IMG/VR virus record: IMGVR_UViG_3300032323_001487
Span: 13,231-77,230 of that record
DNA from: a virus
Lineage: Duplodnaviria > Caudoviricetes
DNA length: 64,000 nucleotides
Reading direction: 5' to 3' (one strand)
This document shows positions 8,984 through 17,735 of the stretch, in pieces; position 1 is the stretch's first letter; each line of letters begins with the position of its first letter. A program made the translations under genes and the position numbers. The notes beneath the pieces were generated by a model, which saw only the letters and a list, made by a program, of their open reading frames with translations, had not been told where the DNA came from and ran no database searches.

Positions 8984-9982
8984 ATGACTGAGACTACTTT
9001 TATTGAGAAGGCAGAGCGCCTTCACGCAGATTTGCCAGCAGTTCTTTATGGACTTGCCGGGCAAGCGATAAACTCAGAGTTGGGAAAAACTCTCGACTCT
9101 TACTACGACGACAAAGTAGGTCGCGCTGTTATTCGCAATCGTGGATTAGTGAAAGGCAAAATCATTAGCGCAGATGCTCTTGTAGGAGAAGACTCTTACG
9201 CAAGACCTAATGGCGACAAATACTTTGCTCGCAACTGGGGTTCTAGCGCACATAAGGATGTCGAGGTTCTTCGCAAGAGTCGCGATGTCAATCAGTTCGT
9301 GTTGCTATATGGCGCACCTGGTTGTGGAAAAACCGCGCTCGCGGAAGCCGCGTTTGGTTCAGACCTTTACACAGTTCTAGGTTCTGGCGACACAGAAGTT
9401 TCCGACTTGGTTGGTGGCTATGTCCAGACTCCAAGTGGCTCGTTCGAGTGGGTCGATGGTCCTCTCCTTCGCGCAGCAGAAGAAGGCAAAGTTCTTCTGA
9501 TTGACGAAGTGGGTCTTATCGACTCGAAGGTTCTGACTGTTGTCTATGGACTTATGGATGGTCGTCGCGAGTACACAGTTACTGCTAACCCAGAGCGCGG
9601 CACAGTCAAGGCGAAGGATGGATTCTTCGTTATCGCTGCGACTAACCCAAACGCACCGGGCGTAGTTCTCTCAGAGGCTTTGCTATCGCGATTCACTATT
9701 CAGGCAGAAATGACTACTGACTGGTCGCTCGCGAAGAAGTTGGGCGTTCCTATGCAAATGGTTACTGCGGCGCAGAACCTTGCTAAGAAGTTCACCAGCG
9801 ACGAAGTTTCGTGGGTTCCTCAGATGCGCGAGTTGCTCGCGTTCCGAGACCTGTCGAAAGTATTTGGCACCTCGTGGGCTATCGAGAATTTGATAGCCGC
9901 CTGCCCTGAGTTAGACAGACCTACTGTGGTCGATGTGCTGACTCGTGTGTATGGCGAGGAGTGCCGCGCAGCCAGAATCTAG
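8984..9982 (+). CDS. MoxR/CbbQ/NirQ/CobS-type AAA+ ATPase
   Basis: Walker A GAPGCGKT, Walker B LLIDE, WVDGPL..A, ATNP, ALLSRF. Confidence 0.9.
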   Translation: MTETTFIEKAERLHADLPAVLYGLAGQAINSELGKTLDSYYDDKVGRAVIRNRGLVKGKIISADALVGEDSYARPNGDKYFARNWGSSAHKDVEVLRKSRDVNQFVLLYGAPGCGKTALAEAAFGSDLYTVLGSGDTEVSDLVGGYVQTPSGSFEWVDGPLLRAAEEGKVLLIDEVGLIDSKVLTVVYGLMDGRREYTVTANPERGTVKAKDGFFVIAATNPNAPGVVLSEALLSRFTIQAEMTTDWSLAKKLGVPMQMVTAAQNLAKKFTSDEVSWVPQMRELLAFRDLSKVFGTSWAIENLIAACPELDRPTVVDVLTRVYGEECRAARI

Positions 9983-10114
9983 GCTCCTTCCCCTAGATTC
10001 TCTAGCGAGGGGGTGGGTTGGTTCTCCCCAACTCACCCTCTCTTCAACTTGACAATCAATAAAAAATCCTTTACCATTACAGAGTAGCAATTAGATGAAA
10101 GGACACAAAGACTA

Positions 10115-11977
10115 ATGGCTCATTACTCACCTAGTATCGAAACTAGAAAATCCACTCCAACTGAGTGGCTACGAATTGGCGCACAGATTGGTCAAATCGT
10201 AAACAACTGGTCTTACAGAGACGACCTCGTGGTCTATCTAGGAGAAGAGATGTCTGCGCCTTACGCAGCGCTCTTCAATCCTGCGAGCGCCGAGGTCGAG
10301 GTCAACGTGGTTCGAGCATTTGGCTCGTTCGCAAATCCTGCTTTGATTGGCGACCTCACCAAGCGCAAGAATCAACTCGAGCACGCATCAGGTTGTGGCT
10401 CTGTCTATCACGAGGCTTGCCACGCGCGGTTCACTCGCTGGTCTCTCGCAGACGCTGCTCGTATTTTGACTAAGCGCGAGCACGATGCTCTGATGCTTTT
10501 GGAAGAAGGTCGCATCGAATCTTTTGGAGTCGCCTCAATCCCGGGCAACAAAATTCTTCTTCGCTCTTCTGGTATGGAAATCGCGATTGGCGACTTCGAC
10601 AAAGTTAAGGAGAACCTCACCAGCATCGATAGCGTCGTTCAGTTGTGTGGGCTAATGCTTGCTCGCGTTGATGCTGGCGTTTTCACAGAAGAAGATGTCG
10701 AGCCTTTGGCAGAAGTTGTTGACTTAGCGATTGGCGCAGACAACGTTGCCAAGTTGCGTTCTATCTGGATTGCGTTCCAAGCGCACGACCAGCACACCAA
10801 CGCTCTACCTCTTTACGACCTTGCTCGCGAGTGGGTCAGGATTGTAGACGAGATTAAGTCAGAGAAGGGCGAAGAGCCTAGCGATGATGGTTGCTCTTAC
10901 CCTGGAGCATCAGGTGAGCCGGGCGCATCAAGCGAGCCGGGCGAGCCAAGCGAATCAGGTGAGCCAAGCGAGAACCCAATTTGGAAAGCAGTCAACAAGG
11001 CTCTTGAAGATGCTATCGAAGAAATAAAAGACAACATCCAGATTGACAACCAGACTGCGATTGACAACGCAATCGAAGACGAAGAGATGCGCGAAGAAGT
11101 TCAGGCTCGCAACTCTGAGGCAGAACGTCGTCAAGAAGAGAAGAAGGTTTCTGATGAAGTCTTTGGTCGTGGCACTGGTCCTAGCGCAGACACTAAGACT
11201 CGCTCGAGACTAATCGAGAGTCGCAAGCCAACTAGTTCAGAGCGAGCCTCTGCTGTTCGCGTTGCTCGACTACTCGACAAAGCGAAATACCGCGAGCGCG
11301 AACAAACTCGTATCAAGAGCGTAGTTCCACCGGGTCGTCTTCGCACGCGAGCAATCGTTCAGGGTCAGGCTCTCAAGTCGAAGGGTATCAACCAAGAGAC
11401 AGAGGCGTGGCGTAGAACCCAGCGCAAGCACACAGAAGACCCAACTCTTCACGTGGGCGTGCTGGTAGACATCTCAGGCTCGATGCGTAGCGCGATGAAC
11501 CCAATGGCGACAACTGCTTGGGTTCTGTCAGAGGCTGGTCGTAGGATTCAGGCTCAGACTTCGATGGTCTACTTCGGCAATGGCGTGTTCCCGACTCTCA
11601 AGCCGGGACAGCACCTAGACGAAGTGAAGGTCTACTCGGCGACTGACAACACCGAGCGATTCGAGAAGGCGTTCAAGGCGCTGAACGGTCAGATGAATCT
11701 GACTCGCAGTTCGGGCGCTCGTCTGCTCGTGATTGTGTCTGACGGATACTACGACTACGACCAGCGCGAGGCTGCTAGCAAAGCGGTAGCGGAGTGCGAG
11801 AAGGCAGGCGTGGCAGTTATCTGGCTCACCTACGACGAAGGCTCGACGGCTAAGGCGATTCTGCGGAACAGCAAGAACGCCCGACTGATTCTCGCTCACG
11901 GCAAGACATCGGAAGAGGTCGCGCAACTAATCGGTAGCGAGTCTGCCGATGCGCTGACCAAGGTCGGTAGGAGATAA
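10115..11977 (+). CDS. vWA (CobT-like) protein with N-terminal HExxH motif
   Basis: HEACH..LEEGRIE; acidic linker; MIDAS DISGSM; VIVSDG; directly after the AAA+ gene. Confidence 0.85.
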   Translation: MAHYSPSIETRKSTPTEWLRIGAQIGQIVNNWSYRDDLVVYLGEEMSAPYAALFNPASAEVEVNVVRAFGSFANPALIGDLTKRKNQLEHASGCGSVYHEACHARFTRWSLADAARILTKREHDALMLLEEGRIESFGVASIPGNKILLRSSGMEIAIGDFDKVKENLTSIDSVVQLCGLMLARVDAGVFTEEDVEPLAEVVDLAIGADNVAKLRSIWIAFQAHDQHTNALPLYDLAREWVRIVDEIKSEKGEEPSDDGCSYPGASGEPGASSEPGEPSESGEPSENPIWKAVNKALEDAIEEIKDNIQIDNQTAIDNAIEDEEMREEVQARNSEAERRQEEKKVSDEVFGRGTGPSADTKTRSRLIESRKPTSSERASAVRVARLLDKAKYREREQTRIKSVVPPGRLRTRAIVQGQALKSKGINQETEAWRRTQRKHTEDPTLHVGVLVDISGSMRSAMNPMATTAWVLSEAGRRIQAQTSMVYFGNGVFPTLKPGQHLDEVKVYSATDNTERFEKAFKALNGQMNLTRSSGARLLVIVSDGYYDYDQREAASKAVAECEKAGVAVIWLTYDEGSTAKAILRNSKNARLILAHGKTSEEVAQLIGSESADALTKVGRR

Positions 11978-12102
11978 CGGCTTGGGGGTAGGGATTGTGT
12001 CCCCTACCCCCGACACGCCGATACAATAAAACTTGACACGGCAAGCGATTAGCGCAATAATTAGATACACGAGCCAACGGCTCGCCTAACGGAAGGACAA
12101 AA

Positions 12103-12528
12103 ATGGGACAGTATCACATCCTCGTAAACCTAGACAAGCGTGAGTGGGTAGACCCTCACGGCTTGGGATTGGGTGACAAGCAACACGAGCACACGGGAGC
12201 GTTCAACGGGTCGCTCTCTGACGCAATGTATCTACTCGTAATGAGTAGCCCGAGACGCGGTGGCGGAGATTGGGCAGAGACCGAGGTCTCTGGGCGCTGG
12301 GTTGGAGATAGGGTCGTTCTGCTGGGCGACTACACAGAAGACGCAGACATTCCAAATGTCGAGAACGCCAGCAAACTTTATGTTCAGGTTCAGGAAGAGT
12401 TTTTGGACATCACGCCTCAAGTGCGAGACGCGTTCAAAATCGTATTCGAATTGGACTACGAACTCAAGGTCAGCGATTGGGACTCTGAGTATTCGTATTG
12501 GATAGTCAAGGACCCTGAGCGAGTCTAA
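12103..12528 (+). CDS. Hypothetical protein
   Basis: MGQYH..VNLDKRE and GRW.GDRV...GDY patterns; own promoter and SD. Confidence 0.75.
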   Translation: MGQYHILVNLDKREWVDPHGLGLGDKQHEHTGAFNGSLSDAMYLLVMSSPRRGGGDWAETEVSGRWVGDRVVLLGDYTEDADIPNVENASKLYVQVQEEFLDITPQVRDAFKIVFELDYELKVSDWDSEYSYWIVKDPERV

Positions 12529-12537
12529 AAACTAACG

Positions 12538-12574
12538 AAAGCCACGAGCCTTGAAAAGGGGTTCGTGGTTTTTT
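12538..12574 (+). terminator. Intrinsic terminator
   Basis: GCCACGAGCC / GGTTCGTGGT stem followed by a T-run. Confidence 0.65.
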
Positions 12575-12779
12575 CGTATCTTGAAAAAGGGGTAGCCCTT
12601 TTTCCAAGCGAGGTTTTGACTCGCTCGCTCACTCGCTCACTCGCTGTGAAATAAAAATCTGCGTCGTGCTTCTCCTGAACGACACGCCAAAAAAAGTTCT
12701 ATAAATAACTTGACTTAATGTCAGGGGTGTGTTTTACTCTATTTACATCAAAGTTCTTTGGAAGGAGAACAAACAAAAA

Positions 12780-13187
12780 ATGGCAAATTACTACGAGACA
12801 GCAAGAAGCAACTATTTCTTCGTAAAAGATGTAGACGCTTTCAAAGCAGAACTAGATGGGTCTGGTCTTAATGTCGAGACTCGCAACATTGGAGAACTAA
12901 CTCAGGTTGGTCTATTCGCAGACGACTCTCAATCAGCGTCTTTCTTCGAGAAGTATGACCAAGAGACCTTCGAGTCAGAAGAGTTGGATTGGACAGGTAT
13001 CTTCAAGCGACACCTAGTTGACAACCAAGTCGCAATCATTATGGGCGCTGGCGCTGAGAAACTTCGCTACATAAATGGTTGGGCTGAGGCTTACAACAAC
13101 AAAGGTGAGAAGAGGGTAATTGGCTTGAGCGACATCTACAAACTAGCAGAGGAACTTGGCTCTGAAATTACCAGAGCCGAATACTAA
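12780..13187 (+). CDS. Hypothetical protein
   Basis: SD GGAAGGAG; MANYY..ARSNYF.VKD. Confidence 0.75.
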   Translation: MANYYETARSNYFFVKDVDAFKAELDGSGLNVETRNIGELTQVGLFADDSQSASFFEKYDQETFESEELDWTGIFKRHLVDNQVAIIMGAGAEKLRYINGWAEAYNNKGEKRVIGLSDIYKLAEELGSEITRAEY

Positions 13188-13270
13188 AAAATAATTTGGG
13201 AAAGGGCTTGACAAATGTCAGCCCTGACCCTTATTATAGAAACATAAAGTTCTGGAAGGAGAACAAACAA

Positions 13271-13471
13271 ATGCCAAGATTTCGAATTGGATACAGCGAA
13301 GAGTCGTATGGCTGGTATTACTTCGACGCTGACAGCGCTGAAAAAGCACAGGAACTAATCGAGTTGGTCGAAGAGGGCGAACTTGACGCAGACGACCTAC
13401 CTGCTTTCTACAAGAAAGAAAATGGTGGTCAGCACGAGTGGATTAACGACCTAGAGGAGTTGGACAACTAA
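13271..13471 (+). CDS. Hypothetical acidic protein
   Basis: Leader GGAAGGAGAACAAACAAATG nearly duplicates that of the 12780 gene. Confidence 0.65.
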   Translation: MPRFRIGYSEESYGWYYFDADSAEKAQELIELVEEGELDADDLPAFYKKENGGQHEWINDLEELDN

Positions 13472-13725
13472 TGGCTGAGTGCGCTTGCGAATACTGCGAG
13501 TCTCCAGACAAGCACAACATTTACGCTGAAGGACTCTGCCAAGAGTGCTACGAAGAGTGTCGAGAGGAAAAACAACTAATGACAGAAATCAACAAGTGCG
13601 ACTTGTGCCTAGAGGTCTCAACTGAGGCTCTAGTCAAGTTCGTGAAACTAGACATCTGCGCTGAGTGCGCCGAGAAAATTGACGAACAGCACGAGCGTCG
13701 TATGCGCTATCTAGACCAACTCTAA
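13471..13725 (+). CDS. Cys-rich hypothetical protein
   Basis: Four CxxC motifs; TAATG coupling. Confidence 0.6.
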   Translation: MAECACEYCESPDKHNIYAEGLCQECYEECREEKQLMTEINKCDLCLEVSTEALVKFVKLDICAECAEKIDEQHERRMRYLDQL

Positions 13726-13742
13726 AAAAGGAAAATAAGCAA

Positions 13743-14012
13743 ATGGAAAAAATCACAGTAAATCTAAAAAGCGAGGCGTTCGCCTCAATAGACCAACTCA
13801 TTTCGACTTGGGACAACACCTTCTTGTATCGCCTAACTTGGACAGACAATGTGGCGAACACTTGGGAAGAGTATTACCCAACTTTGCCTATCGCTCTTGT
13901 TCGACTTTCGGCGCTCGCAGAGTGCGTGGATTTCCCAGACAAGTCGTTCAGGGCAGAGCCAGCGAAGTTCATTACTTCTGCTCAGGAGTTCCTAGACGAG
14001 CAGGTGGCGTAA
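13743..14012 (+). CDS. Hypothetical protein
   Basis: SD AAGGA; operon context. Confidence 0.6.
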   Translation: MEKITVNLKSEAFASIDQLISTWDNTFLYRLTWTDNVANTWEEYYPTLPIALVRLSALAECVDFPDKSFRAEPAKFITSAQEFLDEQVA

Positions 14013-14242
14013 TGACAGTTCAAAAACTAATTGACCTGCTGAAACTCTCAGACCCAAACGAGCCAATCGTGTTTCAGTTTTTGCTACACGAACATGTAGA
14101 ACTCGACTACTCAGCAGAGGAGTTTGAAGCAATCGCTGACCACCTAGAAGACAGCGACTCATTTGGCGACGACACAGCACGAGTGCTAAAAGATTGGCTG
14201 GCTCGTGCGAACGAAGTTCTCGAAGAAGAGGGGTTGATGTAA
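14012..14242 (+). CDS. Hypothetical protein
   Basis: TAATG coupling; MTV.KLI..L...DP start. Confidence 0.6.
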   Translation: MTVQKLIDLLKLSDPNEPIVFQFLLHEHVELDYSAEEFEAIADHLEDSDSFGDDTARVLKDWLARANEVLEEEGLM

Positions 14243-14275
14243 AATAAAAACACACAAAAGAAAGTTGAGGCTCTT

Positions 14276-14494
14276 ATGACTCAGTATCAGGTAGTCGTTC
14301 CTGTTTCGTTTCTCGTCGAAGCAAACAGCGACGCTGAGGCAAAGCGAATTGCCACAGGACTAATTCACGAACACATTAATGGAAACAAGTTAGAGGCAGA
14401 GTTTATTGAGGAAACTTTTGGCAAGCAAGAAAAGCCAAACTTCTCTGTTCAGGACTTGGAAGCCATTGAGTGTTCCGCACTTGACAACGAATAA
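14276..14494 (+). CDS. Hypothetical protein
   Basis: SD GAGG; V.VEA.S..EA pattern. Confidence 0.6.
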   Translation: MTQYQVVVPVSFLVEANSDAEAKRIATGLIHEHINGNKLEAEFIEETFGKQEKPNFSVQDLEAIECSALDNE

Positions 14495-14516
14495 ATAAAT
14501 CATTACCATTGAGGTA

Positions 14517-14927
14517 ATGTCAAAAACAAAAAAGGACAAAATGACAACTATGACAAAAGTTCTACAAGACTCAGCGTTCTACACGAACGAAGCAGGCACA
14601 GAGGTTGTATGGGACAACGACCCTAACAAGCGTTTCTATGTCGTGCGTGCTGGCGAAATGCGTATCCACGCAACCAAAGATGGACACACAGAGGTTATTC
14701 GCTACACAGACCAACTACGAGACTTTGGCATTACAGATGATGACGCGCTCGCGGTTTGGTCTGCTAAAGACGAAGAAGTATTTTCTTGGGTGAACAACTC
14801 TTGGTTCGAGGTCTACGACGCAAATGACTCATACTATTTCTCAGACCCACTCCACTCTTTAGACGAGGCAGTAGAGTTCGCTCTAGCATTGTCAAAGACT
14901 TTTGGCAAAGATGGAGAGGTGGCGTAA
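14517..14927 (+). CDS. Hypothetical protein
   Basis: Promoter at 14481; start at 14517 or 14541. Confidence 0.65.
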   Translation: MSKTKKDKMTTMTKVLQDSAFYTNEAGTEVVWDNDPNKRFYVVRAGEMRIHATKDGHTEVIRYTDQLRDFGITDDDALAVWSAKDEEVFSWVNNSWFEVYDANDSYYFSDPLHSLDEAVEFALALSKTFGKDGEVA

Positions 14928-15202
14928 TGAAAGTTCGACAAGCAGTTGGCGAGGTAATCCGTGAGGCACGCCTCGAGCGCAAGATGACTCTTCGAGACCT
15001 GTCGTCAGTTTCTAGCGTCGCCCTTGGATACCTGAGCGAACTCGAGCGTGGACAGAAAGAGGCTTCATCAGAAATCCTCGACAGCGTGGCACTCGGCTTG
15101 GGTATCTCACTTTCCGAATTAGTGGTTCAGACGGGTTATAGAATAATGTTGAACGAACCCGCCAACGAGCCTGAGAGACTCTTAGAGTTCGCACGGGTCT
15201 AA
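14927..15202 (+). CDS. clgR: XRE-family HTH regulator, ClgR-like
   Basis: G.V.R..R.....TLR..S....V.LGYLSE.ERGQKEASSE.L closely follows actinobacterial ClgR. Confidence 0.75.
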   Translation: MKVRQAVGEVIREARLERKMTLRDLSSVSSVALGYLSELERGQKEASSEILDSVALGLGISLSELVVQTGYRIMLNEPANEPERLLEFARV

Positions 15203-15217
15203 CTAGTTAGGAACACA

Positions 15218-15397
15218 ATGGGTGCTTTAGAGACGCTCTGGAAACTTGCTGACGATTTTGAAATCAAACCCGAACGGCTCGCCGAGAGTGCGGAACTGTC
15301 CGCTATGATTTCGAAGAACACCGCCTACGCCGAGTTATCGGCTTGGGTAAAGAAGAACCTTGGTAGTTTCAAGACCGCCAAGAAATCTTCTAAATAA
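15218..15397 (+). CDS. Hypothetical 59-aa protein (not in the supplied ORF track)
   Basis: SD AGGA; MGALETLWKLADDFEIKPERL... Confidence 0.55.
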   Translation: MGALETLWKLADDFEIKPERLAESAELSAMISKNTAYAELSAWVKKNLGSFKTAKKSSK

Positions 15398-15434
15398 ACT
15401 TGACACGGCTAGGCTTATCGGCTAGCCTTGGAGA

Positions 15435-15550
15435 ACAACGGGCGTAGGTTCACCCCCCTCGAACCTACGGCTCGTGCCTGATGGGTTTATTGCTTTTCCC
15501 ATCACGGCTCGCCCCCTAACTGCTTCCCCCAGCGGTTAGGGGGTTTTCCT
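15435..15550 (+). ncRNA. Candidate small RNA with three hairpins
   Basis: Own promoter (TTGACA 15400, TAGCCT 15423), three stems, last one terminator-like, no plausible ORF. Confidence 0.5.
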
Positions 15551-15660
15551 TTGACGGCTCGCCCTTACACGCTATGCGTGTCGCCCGTAGCGCTTGACGG
15601 ATAGCCCTGAGCGTGTATAATGGTAGGACAGCCAACGGAGACGCAACGGAAGGAGTTGTA

Positions 15661-15888
15661 ATGGCAAGGAAGAAGAAGCCAGCACTCGACCAAGCGAACG
15701 AAGCACGACGCAAGGCTGAGGCGAAAGCCTTGGCAGAGATACTGCGAGAGCGAGCGAGGTCGAACGCAAGTGGCGTTCACGAGGACAAGCGAACAAAGCG
15801 TTTGCGAACTCGTGAGGCGAAGACGAGGGAAGCCCTGAGAGATTTTGACTCAGGGCTTTTTTCGTATCGAGCGAAGCGAGGGGTCTAG
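15661..15888 (+). CDS. Highly basic small protein
   Basis: Promoter TTGACG-16-TATAAT, SD GAAGGAG; RARSNASG.H.DKR.KR. Confidence 0.6.
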   Translation: MARKKKPALDQANEARRKAEAKALAEILRERARSNASGVHEDKRTKRLRTREAKTREALRDFDSGLFSYRAKRGV

Positions 15889-15981
15889 GTTTTCGCTTGG
15901 AAAAAGAGAGACCCCTTTACGCTCGACCGGGAAAAGAAAAATCCCCAACTTTCGTTGGGGACTTTCCTGATTGGGTTTTGA

Positions 15982-16164
15982 CTACTCGACGATTGAAGTC
16001 GTGTTCAGCCAAACGCTCGCTGAACCAGAGTTGTCGTTCGAGTTGAAAGTCGAGACGAACTCAACTGCTTTGTCCCAAGCACCAACACCAAAGTTGATGT
16101 AGAACTTTGAGCCATTGTCCAACTGAACTAGGACACGAACCCCCTGCGATACTGCTTTTTCCAT
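15982..16164 (-). CDS. Hypothetical protein
   Basis: Minus-strand TTGACA at 16244-16239, SD AGGAG, terminator hairpin at 15935-15966. Confidence 0.6.
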   Translation of the reverse strand: MEKAVSQGVRVLVQLDNGSKFYINFGVGAWDKAVEFVSTFNSNDNSGSASVWLNTTSIVE

Positions 16165-16357
16165 TTTCCACTCCTGAGAGATAGAACCAACGCCAAACGA
16201 TTGTTTGACCTTTTCAGGATAGGGTCTCATAAATCTTTTGTCAAGCGACACGCCAAAAAACTTTTTTGAAAATGTGCTTGACAAATGTCGCAGGTGTCCC
16301 CTATCCTGACAGAGTGAAGTTCGATTGGCTTCACGAAAAAAGCAAAAGGAGTTTCAA

Positions 16358-16804
16358 ATGACCAACCCAGCAAGCGAGCGACAGGTCGCATACATCAACA
16401 CGCTAATCGCAGAGCGTGGCTACCCAGAGCCTATTGACCTAGCAACCTTGACATCAAGAACTGCCAGCGAACTAATCTCGAAGTTGATGGCTATGCCAAA
16501 AATTAGTCGTGGGGCTGACAAGGCTTTGTCTCAGGGTATGTATCACCTAGCAGGCGACATCTATCGCTTGAAGGAGAGTCGCCAGACAGGTCGCCTTTAC
16601 GCCACTCGCCTGACCATTGACCACAAGTTCGAGTATGCTCCGGGGATTGCCTATCGCCTAACCAGCGAAGACAAGATGACCTTAGAGCAGGCAAAGGCTT
16701 ATGGGGTCGAGACAGGGTTCTGCTGTGTCTGTGGGGCGTTCCTAACTGACGAGCGTTCTGTTCGTGATGGCATTGGCCCGGTCTGCGCCAAAAAGTATTT
16801 TTAG
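16358..16804 (+). CDS. DUF6011-like zinc-finger protein
   Basis: CCVCG..LTD..S...GIGPVCAK C-terminus; N-terminal PASERQ..YI motif. Confidence 0.75.
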   Translation: MTNPASERQVAYINTLIAERGYPEPIDLATLTSRTASELISKLMAMPKISRGADKALSQGMYHLAGDIYRLKESRQTGRLYATRLTIDHKFEYAPGIAYRLTSEDKMTLEQAKAYGVETGFCCVCGAFLTDERSVRDGIGPVCAKKYF

Positions 16805-16936
16805 GCGTTATAAATCTGTTATAAAAAAGTTTATAAATGAACTTGACAAGACAGACCATAGCGACAATACTTAGACCATAACTGAATAACAACTGAATAC
16901 AAAAAACTCAATCATCAAAAATCCAAGAAGGACATA

Positions 16937-17236
16937 ATGAAAGAAATCAAGAAAGTTGAACTCGGTTTCAACGCAGACGCACGACAGGCACTCGCAGAGT
17001 TGCTTGAAGCCAAGGCAGTTATCGCTCAGGCTACCGCCAAGAAGGAAGCCGCCCAGAAGGTTCTGTTTGACCTAGTAGGCGACCACAACCAAGCGACCTT
17101 CGGTGGCGTTCTATCGTTCAAGATTATTGACGGCAAGAACCGCCACGCTGACCTGACAATTCTCGAAGAGAAGTATCCCGAGATTTTCGCCGAAGTAATC
17201 CGCACAACTGAATACAAGCAAATCCGAACCGCCTAA
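16937..17236 (+). CDS. Hypothetical protein
   Basis: Own promoter, SD and terminator (17260-17286). Confidence 0.65.
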   Translation: MKEIKKVELGFNADARQALAELLEAKAVIAQATAKKEAAQKVLFDLVGDHNQATFGGVLSFKIIDGKNRHADLTILEEKYPEIFAEVIRTTEYKQIRTA

Positions 17237-17289
17237 TCCCCCAACGGCGTTCGGTCGGCAAGCCCCCAGAGCAATCTGGGGGTTTTGTC

Positions 17290-17735
17290 TTTAACGGCTA
17301 GCCCTTGACGGCTCGCCCTATGACCGCCAACGGATAAGACCAACGGCTAGCCCTTGACGGCTCGCCTGATACGGATTGACGGCTCGCCCTATGCCAACGG
17401 CTCGCCCTTGACGGACAGCACGCCAGCGGGTCGCTGACGGCTTGCCCTTGACGGCTCGCCCTTGACGGACAGACGGACACAGACGGCTCGCCCTATGACC
17501 GCTGACGGCTTGCCCGTAGGAAGTCCAACGGCTTGCCCTAAGAGACCCTGACGGGTCGCTAACGGCTTGCCTATGACGGCTTGCCCTAAACGCCCAACGG
17601 GTGAGCGTGTAGAGCCTGACGGGTCGTGTTTTGACGGGTGGGGGAGTGGGAGTCGGGAGAGCCTGACGGATAGGTAAAAGGGGGGTGAAGCGATTGACGG
17701 GTGGGAAGGGGGAGACGCCGGGGATTGACGGGTGG
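17290..17735 (+). repeat. Cluster of direct repeats (G/A)ACGGCT(C/T/A)GCCCT
   Basis: About 25 ACGG cores in about 450 bp, non-coding, all on the + strand. Confidence 0.8.

Noticed and set aside
12551-12575. Additional 25-bp site at GGGGT 12558
   Set aside because: Lacks the CC..GCG arm and is explained as the 3' stem of a terminator
17290-17735. CRISPR array
   Set aside because: Repeats are about 13 bp, degenerate and irregularly spaced, with no unique spacers of constant length and no cas genes
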